Below are positions 1 to 9,748 of a stretch of 64,000 nucleotides of DNA, piece by piece; position 1 is the first letter of the stretch, and every line of letters starts with the position of its first letter. The stretch spans positions 128,001 to 192,000 of the forward strand of contig CBDHDG010000003.1 of assembly GCA_965261595.1 (NCBI GenBank). Direction: 5' to 3'. The notes below the pieces were generated by a model. It was given only the letters and a program-made list of their open reading frames with translations. It was not told the DNA's origin and ran no database searches. The translations under genes were made by a program, and so were the position numbers. Source of the stretch: a bacterium (GTDB taxonomy: Bacteria; UBA8248; JACPRG01; G963555815).

Positions 1-57
1 ATTGGGGTGGTCCGTGACGCTCGTTACTCATTCCGGCCCATAGCGGCCCGCCAATTA

Positions 58-822
58 TCAGGGAGCCATGCGGACAAGGACACCGTGTTTTTGTAAATAT
101 TCCTTCACAGACGCGATGCTCCACGCTCCATAATGAAAGATCGAGGCGGCCAGGGCCGCGTCCGCTTTCCCCTCGACCAAACCTTCGCGGATATGCGCCG
201 GGTTCCCGACGCCCCCCGAGGCGACCACCGGAATCGAAACGGCGTCGGCCACGGACCGGGTCAGCTCTAAGTCATAACCTTCTTCCGTTCCATCTCTGTC
301 GATGCTGGTCAGGAGGATCTCTCCGGCGCCGAGCCGGTTTGCCTCCACCACCCACTCCAGCACGTCACGCCCCGTCGGCTCCCGGCCCCCATAGGTGTAC
401 ACCTCCCAGCGGCCCCCTTCCTTTCGTTTGGCGTCCATGGCTAAGACGATGCACTGACTGCCGAATCGTCGGGCGCCTTCCCGGATCAGCTCGGGGCGCA
501 GAATAGCGGCCGTGTTGATGGACACCTTGTCCGCCCCGGCCAGGAGCAGCGCTCTCATGTCCTCCACGGTCCGGATGCCTCCGCCCACGGTCACCGGAAC
601 GAAGGCCCGCTCCGCGGTCCGCGCGACGATATCTAACAGGATGGGCCGATTTTCATGGGACGCCGTGATGTCGAGAAACGTGATCTCGTCCGCCCCTTGG
701 TCGCTGTAAGCTTCCGCGGCTTCCACCGGGTCGCCGGCGTCCCGCAGGTTGAGGAAGTTCACACCCTTCACCACGCGGCCGTTGTTGACATCCAAACAGG
801 GGATGATCCGCTTGGCTAACAT
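58..822 (-). CDS. hisF: Imidazole glycerol phosphate synthase cyclase subunit HisF
   Basis: 254 aa with the canonical start [12 protein letters not shown], plus [28 protein letters not shown] and AALAASIFH motifs. Confidence 0.97.
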   Translation of the reverse strand: MLAKRIIPCLDVNNGRVVKGVNFLNLRDAGDPVEAAEAYSDQGADEITFLDITASHENRPILLDIVARTAERAFVPVTVGGGIRTVEDMRALLLAGADKVSINTAAILRPELIREGARRFGSQCIVLAMDAKRKEGGRWEVYTYGGREPTGRDVLEWVVEANRLGAGEILLTSIDRDGTEEGYDLELTRSVADAVSIPVVASGGVGNPAHIREGLVEGKADAALAASIFHYGAWSIASVKEYLQKHGVLVRMAP

Positions 823-1189
823 CTGGCGGGCTCCAAAAAGCGGGCGGGGTCTTCGATGGAACCTATCCCCCCCCCCTCGGACACAACGGCTTTATTTCCC
901 TTCAAGGCGGCCTTTCCCAATTGAGAACGGACGGCCGGGGTGAGTCCGGCCCGCTGTGAAGACATCTGGAGCTTCCCTGATGGTGAACGCGTATTTCTCA
1001 CCAACCGCTGGTCTTGCACTTCGCTTGCCGAATGGAGCGCCACCGGTAGTTTGCGCCGTGAAAGTCGGTTGATTCGCGCAACGGTTGTTTTTCCGGGCGG
1101 GTACGGGGAAAGACTCCCTATTCTCACACCCAGAGGAAGAACACGCCAGCCATTCTTCACACAGGTCAAGATACAAGGGTCGGTCCAAG

Positions 1190-1312
1190 CCTGCCCTTTG
1201 CGAAGGCAGGGGGTCGGAATTTCAAACCCTCTAGATTCGAGTAATAAAATCAATTCATTAGGGGATTCTTGCCCCTTTCCAAATTTAGGGGGTTGCCCAA
1301 AGGTTGCCCAAA
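1190..1312 (+). other. Degenerate tRNA 3'-half / att-site remnant with a tandem arm-type-like repeat
   Basis: CCTGCC..GGCAGG anticodon-like stem, then GGGTC and a T-loop-like TTCAAAC; GGTTGCCCAAA occurs twice (1291-1301, 1302-1312). Confidence 0.35.
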
Positions 1313-1386
1313 ATTTGTGGGTAATTCTGAGATAAAATGACGTTGAAGGCAAGTTTCAATCGTATTTATATACTTGACACAGACGA

Positions 1387-1437
1387 CCACAACATGTAGG
1401 TCGCGCCCGCGTCTCGGCTGACCACAAGATGTAGGGG
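1387..1437 (+). promoter_or_regulatory. Pair of NrdR-box-like sites downstream of TTGACA, repeated inverted at about 2192-2242
   Basis: ccaCAAcATgTAGgtc and ccaCAAgATgTAGggg fit the conserved positions of acaCwAtATaTwGtgt; they are 35 bp apart. Confidence 0.4.
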
Positions 1438-1490
1438 CATGCTTCCATCGATCCGTTTCCAGAAGATGCGCTCTATCAGATCGTTCGGTT

Positions 1491-2106
1491 TCATTGATCG
1501 ATAAAATCCACGCGCTGAATATCGCCCTTTTCATTGAAGTGTAAAAACAACTTTTTGTTTATATGCAATGTGTTGTTGGTTTTTCCTTTTCTTCCGTACT
1601 TAAACTCAAATTCAAGACCGCCCTCAAAAACGCCGCTTCTCTTCTGCTCTATAGGATATGTAGTGATCGTCAAACCACCCCATCCCTCCTGCAGGGATGG
1701 TATAGCTATTCTTGGCATATGGCTCTTTTGTCGGGTACAACTTATCAAATGTTGAGACGACATTTACAACCTCAAATGTCACCGGGAAAAGAGCTTTGTT
1801 GTTAAACGTAGCACCAATCCGCAGTGATTTTACTACACCAGCTTTGTCGATTATTCTGTCAGTTCTCACACTATGAAAGTTAAGCATATCCGCAACTCTA
1901 TTACGATACCGCCATTCGCTGAATCGCAACAATCCCATAGAGGAAACTGAAAACAGAATGACCGCTCCAACATATAGGTTGAACAACTGGATATGTTGCG
2001 CAAAACCGATCATGACGCCAGCCGCCGTGACCGCAATGGGCCATATCCAGCTCCGCAGTAATTCACCCGCCAAAAAGAGGGCGACTTTGCGAAGCCAATT
2101 GAGCAT
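1491..2106 (-). CDS. Hypothetical membrane-anchored passenger protein with an apparent frameshift near 1655
   Basis: ORF 1624-2106 has two N-terminal hydrophobic segments and plausibly continues in ORF 1491-1763 (…FEGGLEFEFKYG…DFIDQ); low GC. Confidence 0.55.
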
Positions 2107-2848
2107 GATTCAGTCATTGTATGATCCCTCTTCGGTTGAGTCAAGCGCATAATTGCGAATCCAACTCCACCATGACTTGAGTTGAAGCATGCCCCTACAT
2201 CTTGTGGTCAGCCGAGACGCGGGGACGATCTACATGTTGTGGTCGTCTGCGTCAAGTACATAATTCCGAATCAAATTGCGGGGGCCGGAGGGATTTCCAA
2301 GACACGGTGTCCGATGTGTTCCCGCCGGGATTGTGTCGTGTGCCCGAGGACCATGACCTGCTTTTGGTCCCTTTCCATCACAGAGTCTAGCATGGGGCCG
2401 GCGTTGTGGGCGGTTTGGAGTTGCGTTTCTTTCCCCCGATCATGCCAACCGAATCTCTCCTGGCAGATGGGCGGGGCTTGGGCCTGGACAGGGGTCGCAC
2501 ACAGGTTGTGTCACCATTTGAAAATGAGAGGGCCGCTGAGTAACAGAAAACCTGTGGTAACGTAGCGATTCCTTGGCGTTTTCGGGAGCGTAGCCGGGGC
2601 AGCGGCGGAAATTCCGCTTCGGCGCGGATCCCGGGGTTTTTATGGAGAACCACGGACGGTTACCCGCCACGCCACGCCTTCATCGAGATTGCTGATAAAA
2701 AGCGGTCGCCTAGAATCCAATCTCGGCGCTTCTTTCGGCAGTCGATTGGGTTGTCGAGAATAAGGCCGGGTTTTTATGGAATTTCGCGTCTGGTCAGTTC
2801 ATCTTTTAGAATTCACCCAGGATGATGTAGTGATGCAAGAAGCGTCAA

Positions 2849-4710
2849 ATGATGTTTAAATCCAAAAAGTGTTTTTCCATCGGTGCTCTTCTCGTCCTTA
2901 TCAACACGGCGTTCGTTGTTTGGAGCTCGAATGAGTTTCTGGGCTCGAATGCGCCGCAGGGTTGGGGTTTTGCTGGGTGGTATGGGACGCTTCTGGCGAT
3001 CGATTGGTTTTTGGTCCGAATGCTCACGCCGGTGCGGGGGCTCCAGTGGGCGTTGCTCTTGCATATATTCCTTCCAGCCTGGATAGCGCTCATCCAGCAT
3101 ACGGCCATCTTGTCGATCGTGTTCGACGGAGAGTTTCACTACGATGTGTACGCGGGGGCATTCATCTTTTTGGCGATGTGGGGATTCTTTTGGTCAACGC
3201 TGAAGGTTACCTGGGGGGAGGGAGCGATCTGGAAGACGCTACGTGGTTCCCCGCTGGGGTTCATCGCGCCCTCTTTGGCGGTTGTAACGATTTGCCTTCC
3301 CGCCTTATACGGGGCTTGGTTTTGGTCGTTCACCGCTCTGCTCCTCGCGACTGGAACATTCTTTTCTTTGGGTCAAATCACGGTGTTGCGCGCAGGCCTT
3401 CGGTGGCTGAACGGCCGCCCAACCAGGTTCTTTGTGATCGCCATCTTGCTTGTTTCCACCTTGTTTCGGATAGGGGCCGTTCTGTCCCTCAATCGACACA
3501 TCGATGAGAGCAAGCCTTGGGGAAGATCCGGTTGGGGCTATCATAACGTTGCCAAGATGGTGGCCATCGATCCCGCCGCGATGCTGCGCCCCCGTCAGTG
3601 GGGCGTCGAGATTCGACTTAAGGCAGAGCCCGCCGCACCGGGCAATGAGATGCCGTATCTTTTCGAGACGAAGCCTGGTTACGGGTTGGTCCTGGGGGTT
3701 TTTTTTACTGGTTGACGCGTCCCACGGCGTCGGTGGGAAGGTGGTTCAATCTTGTTGTTTCACTCTTCACGCTTTGGTTCACATTTTACTTGACGAGGCG
3801 GGTTTGGAACGAGACCGCCGGCGTCATCGCGTTGACTCTCCACGCGAGTTCCTCCTATTTGCTTTGGCAGGGGATCTACATCGATGAATCGACCTTGGCG
3901 TGGTTGTGCTTTCAAATTTCCGTATATCTCGGAATCCGCTTGTTCGGGCGCCAACCCAGAACTCGAGGGTTGATCTATTCTTTCATCCTGGGACTCGCCC
4001 TTTGGTTTTTTACGTTCATCCGCCCGGACAACTTGTACCTTTTCGGACTGTTTTGGATTTTCCTGTTGATTCGAGGTGGACGGCGTCAAATCGGACAGTT
4101 GGTAGGTGTCTTGCTGGTCTTTGTGGCCCTATGGGTCGGTTGGGGCTTCAGAAACCGGTGGGTCTACGATCGATTCTTCCTGACAGACAATTCTTTCTCC
4201 AAGGTGTTCTTCAGGAGGGCCAACCCGCATTTGGAACGAGTCGGGGCCTTTAAAAGTGAAGGGCTTGAGGGTATACTCTGGACGATGGTGAATTCACCCA
4301 TTGTGTTCACCAGAACGGTCCTTGGGGCCGGGGTCACCTGGGAGCGCCTTTATGGATTTTTTGACCGGCGAGAGTTTGCCTTTTGGCATATGAGTTTTCT
4401 CAGCCTGTTCGATGCAAGCTTGTATAGCTTCTTTTTCGGCCTTGGAGTTGATATCGCCATGCTCGTTGGAATCCCGATTGCCTTAAGACGGGGATGGTGG
4501 ATGCCTGCCGCGTTGCTGTTGGCTATCGCATACCGGGTAACCACGGCGGTTCTCTTGTTCTGGGCCCAGAATTACAGGATTTGGGTAGAGCCTTTCACGC
4601 TCACGTTTGCGGCATGCGGCGTGTATTGGCTGTATCGAAAGACCATTGGGGATTCGACCATAACCGAATCGTCGTCAAGGGACAATCTCCAAAATTTGGA
4701 ATACCTTTGA
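2849..4710 (+). CDS. GT-C fold (ArnT/PMT-like) polytopic membrane glycosyltransferase, split at a G/T homopolymer near 3700
   Basis: Two overlapping hydrophobic ORFs (2849-3715, 3712-4710) with KPGYGL, IDEST and FIRPDN motifs typical of GT39/83-like proteins. Confidence 0.6.
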
Positions 4711-5365
4711 AACCGGATTCGGACTTTTGAGATGAGTAACAAGAAGAAGATCATCGTCCTTGGCACAGGGGGAAACTCCCTCGATATTATAGATACAATC
4801 AACGATATCAATCTGGCTTCTGGAAGAGTGATATGAGTGTGTTGGTCTTTTCGGTGATAATCAATCCAACTGGGGAAATGTCTTCTTAAGGATCGAGGCG
4901 CTCGGGGATCTCGATATGGCTTCGGATTGTGGAGACTGTCAATTTGTTTCCGGAATTGGGAGCCCTTCCAATTTTTTGAGGAAAGGCTCAATTTTAGCCC
5001 GGACGCACCTTCTGATCGAGTGGGATGAAACCATTGTTCACCCTACCGCAAGTTTTTCGTGGACGGCCGAATTTGGCGAAGGACTGTGGTCTTTCAAAAT
5101 GTTACGATTACATCGAATGTGAGGATCGATCATCAGGTGGTTATTCTGCCAAATTCCATCATCGGCTACGATGATGGAATCGGAGATCTGGCCTACGTCA
5201 CAGGCGGTGTTTGCATGTGAGAGAGGGTTTCCATCGGCCGGAGTTGCCGCCTGGGGACGAACTGCACGATTCGGGATGATTTAAGGATCGGCGATTACTG
5301 TTTTATCGCAATAGGGAGTTGGACCGCCCCTGGGTTATTGGACACTCGGGTGAGGGTATTCGACC

Positions 5366-6283
5366 TCATGCGGCCTCCGCAACTTGAGCGAGTTTTTCCT
5401 GCCTTGCCTGGGCCGGCGTTCGGTAGCCGTAGCCCTCGAGAATCCAATGATGGTTGTACAGGTTCTTGAACTCAAGCAGCGCCCACCGCAGTTCCTCTAC
5501 GGTGGCGAAAGAGCGCACCCACAGGAGATTCTCCTTCAAGATGCGGATGAACCACTCACAGTAGCCATTTCCCTCGGGCGCCCGCACGAAGCTGGGCGAA
5601 CTGGTCATGCCCAGGTAGGCGATCTCCCGCTGAAAGTCATCGGACAGATAGGCGGGGCCGTGGTCGTGACGAACTTTAAGCCCCTCGGCGACGTCCGCCT
5701 CCAAGCCGGCGAAGCGCTCGGCGACCCCCTGCCGGATCGGCTCCAGGGCCTCGAAGCGGTTGCCGCTCTTGGCCGCATGGATCCCCACGCAGTCCACCGA
5801 GCAGTGATCCACCGCCACGAACACCGAGGCCATCCCCTCCTCGGTGGTCACCGTCGTCGTCATGTCCGTGCCCCACATTCGGTCGGGCCGCTCGGTGCGG
5901 ATGGTCCCGTTGTGGGCCTTGGGACCTCGGGGTTTGCCCACCCGGTGGGGGGCCTGAAGCCCCGCCTCCCGCATCAGGCGACGCACCCGCTCCTTGCTGG
6001 TGCGGATGCCCGCGAAGCGCAGCCTCGCCCACACCTTGCGGTAGCCCTCGCCATGGAAGGGAGAGTCCTCCAGGACCTGCCGGATGTGGCCGAGGAGTTC
6101 CGCATCGGTGCACGGGCCCACAGGGCCGCGCTTATTGGGCGTGGGGCGTTCATGAACGGGGACCGCCTCTCGCCGCCGTTGCGCGTAGACCGTGGAGCGC
6201 GCCAAGCCCCAAAGGGCGCACACCCGCTTCAGGCCGTAGGCTCTGCCCGTGGAGGTGAAGCGGGCCTGACTCATCGCCTCCAC
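5366..6283 (-). CDS. IS3-family transposase OrfB (DDE integrase core)
   Basis: GYRKVW, WGTDMT, VRHDHG and PEGNGYCE motifs. Confidence 0.93.
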   Translation of the reverse strand: MEAMSQARFTSTGRAYGLKRVCALWGLARSTVYAQRRREAVPVHERPTPNKRGPVGPCTDAELLGHIRQVLEDSPFHGEGYRKVWARLRFAGIRTSKERVRRLMREAGLQAPHRVGKPRGPKAHNGTIRTERPDRMWGTDMTTTVTTEEGMASVFVAVDHCSVDCVGIHAAKSGNRFEALEPIRQGVAERFAGLEADVAEGLKVRHDHGPAYLSDDFQREIAYLGMTSSPSFVRAPEGNGYCEWFIRILKENLLWVRSFATVEELRWALLEFKNLYNHHWILEGYGYRTPAQARQEKLAQVAEAA

Positions 6284-6684
6284 CTCCTGCCGGCTAAAGG
6301 GCGGCCGGCCTCCAGGCGGTCGATCTTCTCCCGCAGGACCTCGCCCTCCATCGTGAGTTCGCCCACCTTGGCCTTGAGCCGGGCGTTCTCCTCGTCCCGC
6401 TCATCCGCCGGGCGGGCTTTGAGCGCCGCCTCGCCCCCGCGAAGGAACGCCTCGCGCCAGGCGGAAAGCCGAGCCGCTGTCGTGCCCAACTCGCGGCAGA
6501 GCGTCTCCAGGCTCTCGCCCCGCAAAAGACGCAGGACCGCCTCCCGCTTGCGCTGGCAGGAGAACCGACCCCGCTCACTGCGATGCCCTGGGGCCTTGGC
6601 TCCGTTCGCCCTGCGGGCGCCCTCCGCCAAAGCCCCCTCTTGCTTTTGTTCGTTCATCGCGACACCCCTTTCTCCATGAATCAT
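6271..6684 (-). CDS. IS3-family transposase OrfA (HTH plus coiled coil)
   Basis: KREAVLRLLRGESLETLCRELG HTH; ARLKAKVGELTME zipper; C-CCT-TTA heptamer before the orfB overlap. Confidence 0.9.
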   Translation of the reverse strand: MIHGERGVAMNEQKQEGALAEGARRANGAKAPGHRSERGRFSCQRKREAVLRLLRGESLETLCRELGTTAARLSAWREAFLRGGEAALKARPADERDEENARLKAKVGELTMEGEVLREKIDRLEAGRPLAGRRWRR

Positions 6685-6814
6685 GGATCAATCGAGTGTC
6701 CAACAAAACCCTAGAGCGGGGGAGAGTGCCGTATCAAAAGATGTTGCGGACAACAGTCTTGTCGCCGAAAATCCCGCGCCGTTTGTTAGAACGCTTCAGT
6801 AAGGCATCGACGCG

Positions 6815-7834
6815 ATGATTGGGATCGGGCTGATCGGTTACGGGTATTGGGGACCCAATCTGGCCAGGAATTTTTCCGCTCAAGGCGAGTGCCGTGTTGT
6901 TGGAATCTGTGACACGCGGCCGGATCGGCTCCAGCGCGCGGTTCATACTTATTCCGATGCAAAAATGACAGCGGACTACAGGACCTTGTTGGCTTGTCCG
7001 GAAATCGATTTGATCCTGGTCGCCACTCCGGTTCAACTGCATTACCCGATAGCCTAGGAAGCCCTTTTGGCCGGGAAGGATGTTCTGGTCGAAAAGCCCC
7101 TGACGCGAACCGCCGGGGAGGCCAGGGAGCTCGTAGGCCTTGCGGAAGACGCCGGACGCATTTTGGCTGTGGACCATACGTTCCTTTACAGCGGCGCGGT
7201 CTTGAAAGTGAAAGAGCTGATTGATCAAGGAGAGCTCGGAAAGATTACCTATATCGACTCGGTTCGGGTCAACCTGGGGCTTTTTCAAGAGGATGTCAGT
7301 GTGATCTATGATCTTGCGCCTCACGTTCTATCCATTGTGGATTTTCTGATCGGCCGCGAACCGGTCTTCGTTCGGGCCATGGGAACCCGGCATGCAGACA
7401 ACCACATGGAGCACCTCGCCTACCTTCATTTGGAATATGAGGATGGTTTGATCGCCCATTTTCATTTGAACTGGCTGGCGCCCGTCAAGATCCGTCGCGC
7501 CCTGATCGGCGGGACGAAAAAAATGATTGTTTATGATGACCTTGAGCAGAGTGAAAAGGTGAAGGTCTATGACAAGGGGGTTGTCATCCGAAGTGATGAT
7601 CGTGATTCCCTCAACCGGGTGTGCTTTGATTACCGGATGGGGGACATGGTGGCGCCCAAACTGGAATACCGGGAACCGCTGGACGCGGAAGCGGAGCATA
7701 TCTTGGTTTGCGTACGGACCCGGACGCGTCCCCGCGCGGACGGAGAGGCCGGCTATCGTGTTACGAGAATCCTTGAAGCCGCTCAAAGGTCCATTCAAAG
7801 AGGCGGTGTCCCGGTAGGCCTGGAAAACGACTGA
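6815..7834 (+). pseudogene. Gfo/Idh/MocA NDP-sugar oxidoreductase (WbpB/WlbA-like) with an in-frame TAG at 7055-7057
   Basis: GLIGYGYWG and VLVEKP motifs; ORFs 6815-7057 and 7067-7834 are in the same frame. Confidence 0.85.
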
Positions 7835-8313
7835 TGGACGCGCCCTTCGCCAGAATTGCGGACGATGTCAAATTGGGGAAGGGTGTAAAGCTCGTCGGAT
7901 ATTGCAACCTGTACGGTTGCGAGATTGGCGATGACACCAGCATCGGTCCATTCGTCGAGATCCAAACGGGCGCCAGCATCGGAGCACGCGTCAAAGTTCA
8001 AAGCCATTCTTTCATCTGTACGGGAGTGCGGATCGAGGATGAGGTATTCGTAGGCCACGGCGTAATGTTTATCAATGACAGGTTCCCGCGCGCGACGGGA
8101 AATGATGGGAATCCCAAGAGCCCGGAGGACTGGGCGTGTGAACGGACGCTGGTCAAACGAAGGGCCTCCATCGGCAGCAACGCAACGGTTCTTTGCGGAG
8201 TGACCATTGGTGAAGAAGCGGTCATAGGGGCTGGGAGCGTTGTGACCAAAGATGTGCCGGCCCGGGCGGTTGCCGCGGGGAATCCAGCGAAAACTCTCCG
8301 CTATTTGGATTAG
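7834..8313 (+). CDS. Hexapeptide-repeat N-acetyltransferase (WbpD/WlbB-like)
   Basis: [34 protein letters not shown]…GNPA. Confidence 0.9.
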   Translation: MDAPFARIADDVKLGKGVKLVGYCNLYGCEIGDDTSIGPFVEIQTGASIGARVKVQSHSFICTGVRIEDEVFVGHGVMFINDRFPRATGNDGNPKSPEDWACERTLVKRRASIGSNATVLCGVTIGEEAVIGAGSVVTKDVPARAVAAGNPAKTLRYLD

Positions 8314-8374
8314 TATTGCGAGAATGAAAAACTATCTTTCTTGAAGGCTGGGCCAACGGGGAGTCCTGAAATTC

Positions 8375-9361
8375 ATGCGGCTTGAGAATGGCTCCGTTGT
8401 TGTGACCGGAGGGGCGGGGTTTATCGGAAGTCACCTCGTGGATCGCCTGCTGGGCGCGAATCATTCTGTTTGTGTGGTTGATGATTTTTCCACCGGCCAT
8501 TTTAAGAATCTCGCGCGGCATGACGGCAATTCCCGCTTATCCATCGAGGAAGCGAACGTCCTCGATGAAGAGATGATGATCCGCCTGTTTGACGGGGCCG
8601 ACTATGTATTTCATCTCGCCGTCCAAAACGTCCGATTGAGTCTGCGCCGGCCCACCCTGGTGCACGAAGTGAACGCCACCGGAACTCTGAATGTTCTTAA
8701 AGCAGCGGCCGCGGCGGGCGTGAAACGATTCCTCTATTGTTCAAGCTCCGAGGTGAACGGCACGGCGGACGTCGTTCCCATGCCAGAAGATTATCATTTT
8801 CGGCCAGAAACGATCTATGGCGCATCGAAGTTGGCCGGTGAGTACTACACGCAAGTATTCCAGCGGGCCGGGTGGCTATCCACAGTCATCGCCCGCCCTC
8901 ATAATTCGTATGGTCCCAGGGAACATTACGAGGGTTACAAAGGCGAGGTCATTCCTCGATTCATCCTGTCCGGATTGGGGCGGAAGCCGCTGACCATCTC
9001 TGGAGACGGCTCTCAAACAAGGGATTTCACGTATGTCACGGAAACGGCGGATTTTCTTGTGAGGCTCATGGCGTCTGAGAATGCGTTGGGGGGGACGTTC
9101 AACATCTGTCGGGGCCAGGAGGTGTCCATTCGCGAGATTGCCGACCGCGTTATCGAATTAACCGGCAGTGAGGCGGGGATCGAGTATTTGCCATCCCGCC
9201 CCAGTGATGTTTTGCGGCTCCATGGCGACCCAGCCCGTCTTCGGGCAGTTCTCAAGGACTCCCCTCAAATCACGATCCACGAGGGTTTGTCACAGACCGT
9301 AGAATTGGTTCCGGAAAAATGTCCCCGTCACGGGGGAGATTCTGGCCTCTTTGGAACCTGA
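8375..9361 (+). CDS. NAD-dependent epimerase/dehydratase (extended SDR); the 3' end is possibly frameshifted
   Basis: VTGGAGFIG, YGASK, GDGSQTRDFTYV. Confidence 0.9.
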   Translation: MRLENGSVVVTGGAGFIGSHLVDRLLGANHSVCVVDDFSTGHFKNLARHDGNSRLSIEEANVLDEEMMIRLFDGADYVFHLAVQNVRLSLRRPTLVHEVNATGTLNVLKAAAAAGVKRFLYCSSSEVNGTADVVPMPEDYHFRPETIYGASKLAGEYYTQVFQRAGWLSTVIARPHNSYGPREHYEGYKGEVIPRFILSGLGRKPLTISGDGSQTRDFTYVTETADFLVRLMASENALGGTFNICRGQEVSIREIADRVIELTGSEAGIEYLPSRPSDVLRLHGDPARLRAVLKDSPQITIHEGLSQTVELVPEKCPRHGGDSGLFGT

Positions 9362-9435
9362 AAACTGGGACAGCGTGGAATGCGAATACTGGATGTGATC
9401 CCCTCGGGTTAATGAATCAAGGTTCCAACACGGAA

Positions 9436-9543
9436 ATGGATGGTCGCCGGGTCAAATCCGCTTCATTTCCCGGACCGACACCTAGGGAGAAGGAGGTTCC
9501 GGCCGCCCCGGAAGCCATCCTGTCCGATTGGATGACGCATTGA
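9436..9543 (+). pseudogene. Short N-terminal remnant of a DegT/DnrJ-family sugar aminotransferase
   Basis: …PTPREKEVPAAPEAILSDWMTH resembles the P-x-L-G-E-E-E-x-x-A-V-x-E-A-I-x-S-G-W-x-T N-terminus. Confidence 0.4.
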
Positions 9544-9748
9544 TCTCGTGACCCCGTGTTCGACGGGTCTTTGGCGCCTTACATGGGACCGCCCACGGCA
9601 GTGGGACCTCGATCCGTTCCAGGGTAATACCCCTGGAGCGAGTGACCGTCGCGTTTGATCGGGGGATTCTGTTCGATGCGGTCCCGAGATGGTGAATTTT
9701 TCGAGAGATTATCACCGGGGTTAGGAACTTCTCTTTCTGAGAGAGTGC

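Larger units (their letters stand above)
1361..2268. mobile_element. Transposase-less cassette (MIC/MITE-like) with 85-bp terminal inverted repeats and IS1595-like ends
   Basis: 1361-1445 matches the reverse complement of 2184-2268 at 78/85 positions; the terminal TTATATACTTGACA is shared with the IS1595 end at 32336-32349; the interior is AT-rich. Confidence 0.7.
5320..6723 (-). mobile_element. IS3-family (IS2-like) element, copy 1, 1404 bp
   Basis: Ends TGGACCGCCCCTGGGTTATTGGACAC and TCCCCCGCTCTAGGGTTTTGTTGGACAC; 4-bp TSD GAGT (5316-5319, 6724-6727); orfA plus orfB. Confidence 0.95.
4732..6802 (+). pseudogene. NeuD/PglD-family sugar acetyltransferase, frameshifted and IS-interrupted
   Basis: N-terminus MSNKKKIIVLGTGGNSLDIIDTI; hexapeptide-like fragments; removing the IS and one TSD restores IGSAVSKDVADNSLVAENPA. 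Confidence 0.8.

Noticed and set aside
1190..1245. Functional tRNA gene
   Set aside because: No acceptor stem or D-arm, an oversized anticodon loop and a degenerate T-arm; kept only as a possible att remnant.
5384..6679. 431-aa antisense ORF in the IS3-family copies and 461-aa antisense ORF in IS256-A
   Set aside because: Antisense shadows of transposases, conserved only because the IS copies are near-identical.
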